Shown here: positions 62,123-64,000 of the stretch, piece by piece
How the letters are laid out: every line of letters starts with the position of its first letter
Numbering within the stretch: the stretch's first letter is position 1
Assembly: GCA_051362555.1 (NCBI GenBank)
Contig: CM120643.1
Location: 4,650,001-4,714,000 of the forward strand
From: Lingula anatina
Lineage: Eukaryota > Animalia > Brachiopoda
Reading direction: 5' to 3'
Length of the DNA: 64,000 bases
Notes under the pieces: model-generated
Told to the model about the DNA's origin: nothing
What the model saw: only the letters and a program-made list of their open reading frames with translations
Database searches by the model: none
Translations under genes and position numbers: made by a program

Positions 62123-63666
62123 GTATTAATAACACATAGCACAACTTTATTCTAAATATAAAACCATTTCTCTCAATAACATTTGACATTTTAATTAAAA
62201 TTGTTTCCATTATGTATTATGTGGACAACTATAATGCAAGATTGTATCAACAATAAAGGATTTGATATCTACATGTGCTTTAAAATATATTTATAATGTG
62301 AAACTATGGATTGTATTATTCTCATTTTAGACGAAGCACTGACACTGATGTTTCATCAAGTTTGCATGATGATGGAAATGCGGGTGACAACGGACAATGA
62401 GGAGAAAAAACAATTACTATACTGATTAATAAAATAAACTTTTTTGTAAAATCAGGAAGTTCACCAATAGTATATATATATTATTAATAAATTTATATTT
62501 CTTAAGTGATGTTCTTTCTCAATTACATACAAAATATAAACCTGCAGATTAAAGTTTATGAAATGCGAACAATGCACATTTATACTACGCGTTACACTTT
62601 AACAGAGGTTAATGATGTTTATTTTACCTTAAATTCTTATAATTCTTCCCTCCATATCAGTTAACATCATGTTCAATGTTATATTTACATTGCAAGTTTT
62701 AAGTGTTAGATTTCATTATTGCTCTTCAATGCGGACTTTCAGTATTAAAACGTAGGGTCCTAGGACTTTCCGTACTGAAATAGAGTGTCTAGGGGGACTC
62801 TACATTTCAGAACATAGAGTCCGAGACCCGTTATTTCGATACATGGAGTCCGCCGGACTCTCAGTTTTAAAACACAGGGTCCGCCGGACCCTAGAATGGT
62901 AGGACTCTGTGTTGCTTGACACCGGGGCCAAAACTCCTAAGGTCTGTGTTACTGATATCACCATTCTCGTCCAATGATTTATTTATTTATTTATTTGTTT
63001 TGGGCAATAACATGGTACATTTAAAAATGTAATATCCTTTTGAGAAATTCTCAACTTGTTGTTCAATATCGACATACTTAAAAGTTATCTCACTGATAAT
63101 TTTGCTGTTGTAGTTAGTATTTTCTTCCTTTCCAAATTTGTTAACGTGTCAAACCTACTTTTACTTAGCAAAGGACTCCATACAACATTGATTAAAAAGG
63201 TTGTCCCACCCCTAATTTCATGTGCTTTTATTTATATAAATAAATGATCATATCAGAGGAGTTAATTGCTATGAATGGTGATTTTCATTCTAGATACCAT
63301 AACTAACAGGATTTTTGTGTACATAAAATACAAACTAGCGGTAAAGATATCCATATTTAATACCATTTATTCGCATTTATTACATGTACCCCCTCAGATC
63401 CAACGTTTCACTGTGATTTTCACAGAGGTAAAGAAATGCCCATTATATTGAAAAGACAGCACCAAATGTCAACAAATTTACACACACTGTAATTATCTCC
63501 AATAGACGGCGCGGCCTGCCTTCAACAAGGATGACAATTCTGTTTTGTTGAATTTTGCCCCATTCTTCCTAAAGCACTTGGGGGAGTTGGTCCAGATTAT
63601 TAGGAGTTTGGTTCTCCTTTGCATTGCACCCTTCAATTCATGCCACGGGCGCTCATGAGGCATATC

Positions 63667-63697
<31 letters not shown>

Positions 63698-64000
63698 GCA
63701 GCATGTTATGTATGTATAATTTTCACTTAATTAAGCTATCAATTTAATATTTTACAGAGTGAATTAGGCGGCTCACTTCAAAGCACACATATTGAAACAA
63801 TGAAGTCATTATAACTTGATCTTCATCTTGGTGCTTCTTTGGTAAAAAAGACCTCTTACATCTCCCTTCACCATTTAATATTTTCAACATAAGTTTTATT
63901 CATTAAAACCATTAAATTCCTTAAAGTGATATTGAAATCAAGAGATCACGAGCTTTTTCTTTTCAATATTACAATTCCATTAACTTGGTATCCTTAATTT

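Larger units (their letters stand above)
60396..62921 (+). mobile_element. Ginger1-like DNA transposon (internally deleted), TSD CCGG
   Basis: CCGG|TGTCA...TGACA|CCGG; subterminal GGGTCC/GAGTCC..GGACCC/GGACTC repeats; spliced Gypsy-type integrase with a GPY motif. Confidence 0.88.

Noticed and set aside
63056-63247. Possible CR1 fragment (minus-strand VVWSP motif)
   Set aside because: Only one short motif, not enough support.
1-64000. Uni-strand piRNA-cluster-like organisation
   Set aside because: TE fragments occur on both strands with no clear bias; small-RNA data would be needed.

Overview
AT-rich eukaryotic DNA, most consistent with a marine invertebrate (inferred from the TE families, microsatellites and GT-AG introns). 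It is not prokaryotic and has no CRISPR array, and I recognise no intact conserved host gene. Most of the window is transposon relics: LINEs (RTE-X-like, CR1, L2, a young Vingi/Ingi-like copy), a Tc1 and a SWIM/MULE-type remnant, an intron-containing Ginger1-like element with CCGG TSD, a 3-kb TIR element and several MITEs. There are three large tandem arrays: 52 bp x36, 62 bp x~18, and a 28/29-bp hairpin satellite with a 172-bp higher-order repeat. A segmental duplication (~16.7-20.5 kb vs ~46.1-51.8 kb) carries exon-like islands and a six-copy conserved motif. There are also tRNA-like Pol III modules and candidate spliced orphan genes. Most unusual: a LINE insertion with its own 3' tail at both ends inside one TSD, and the ~100-hairpin satellite interleaved with L2 RT pieces. 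All family names come from motif recognition by eye; no database searches were run.
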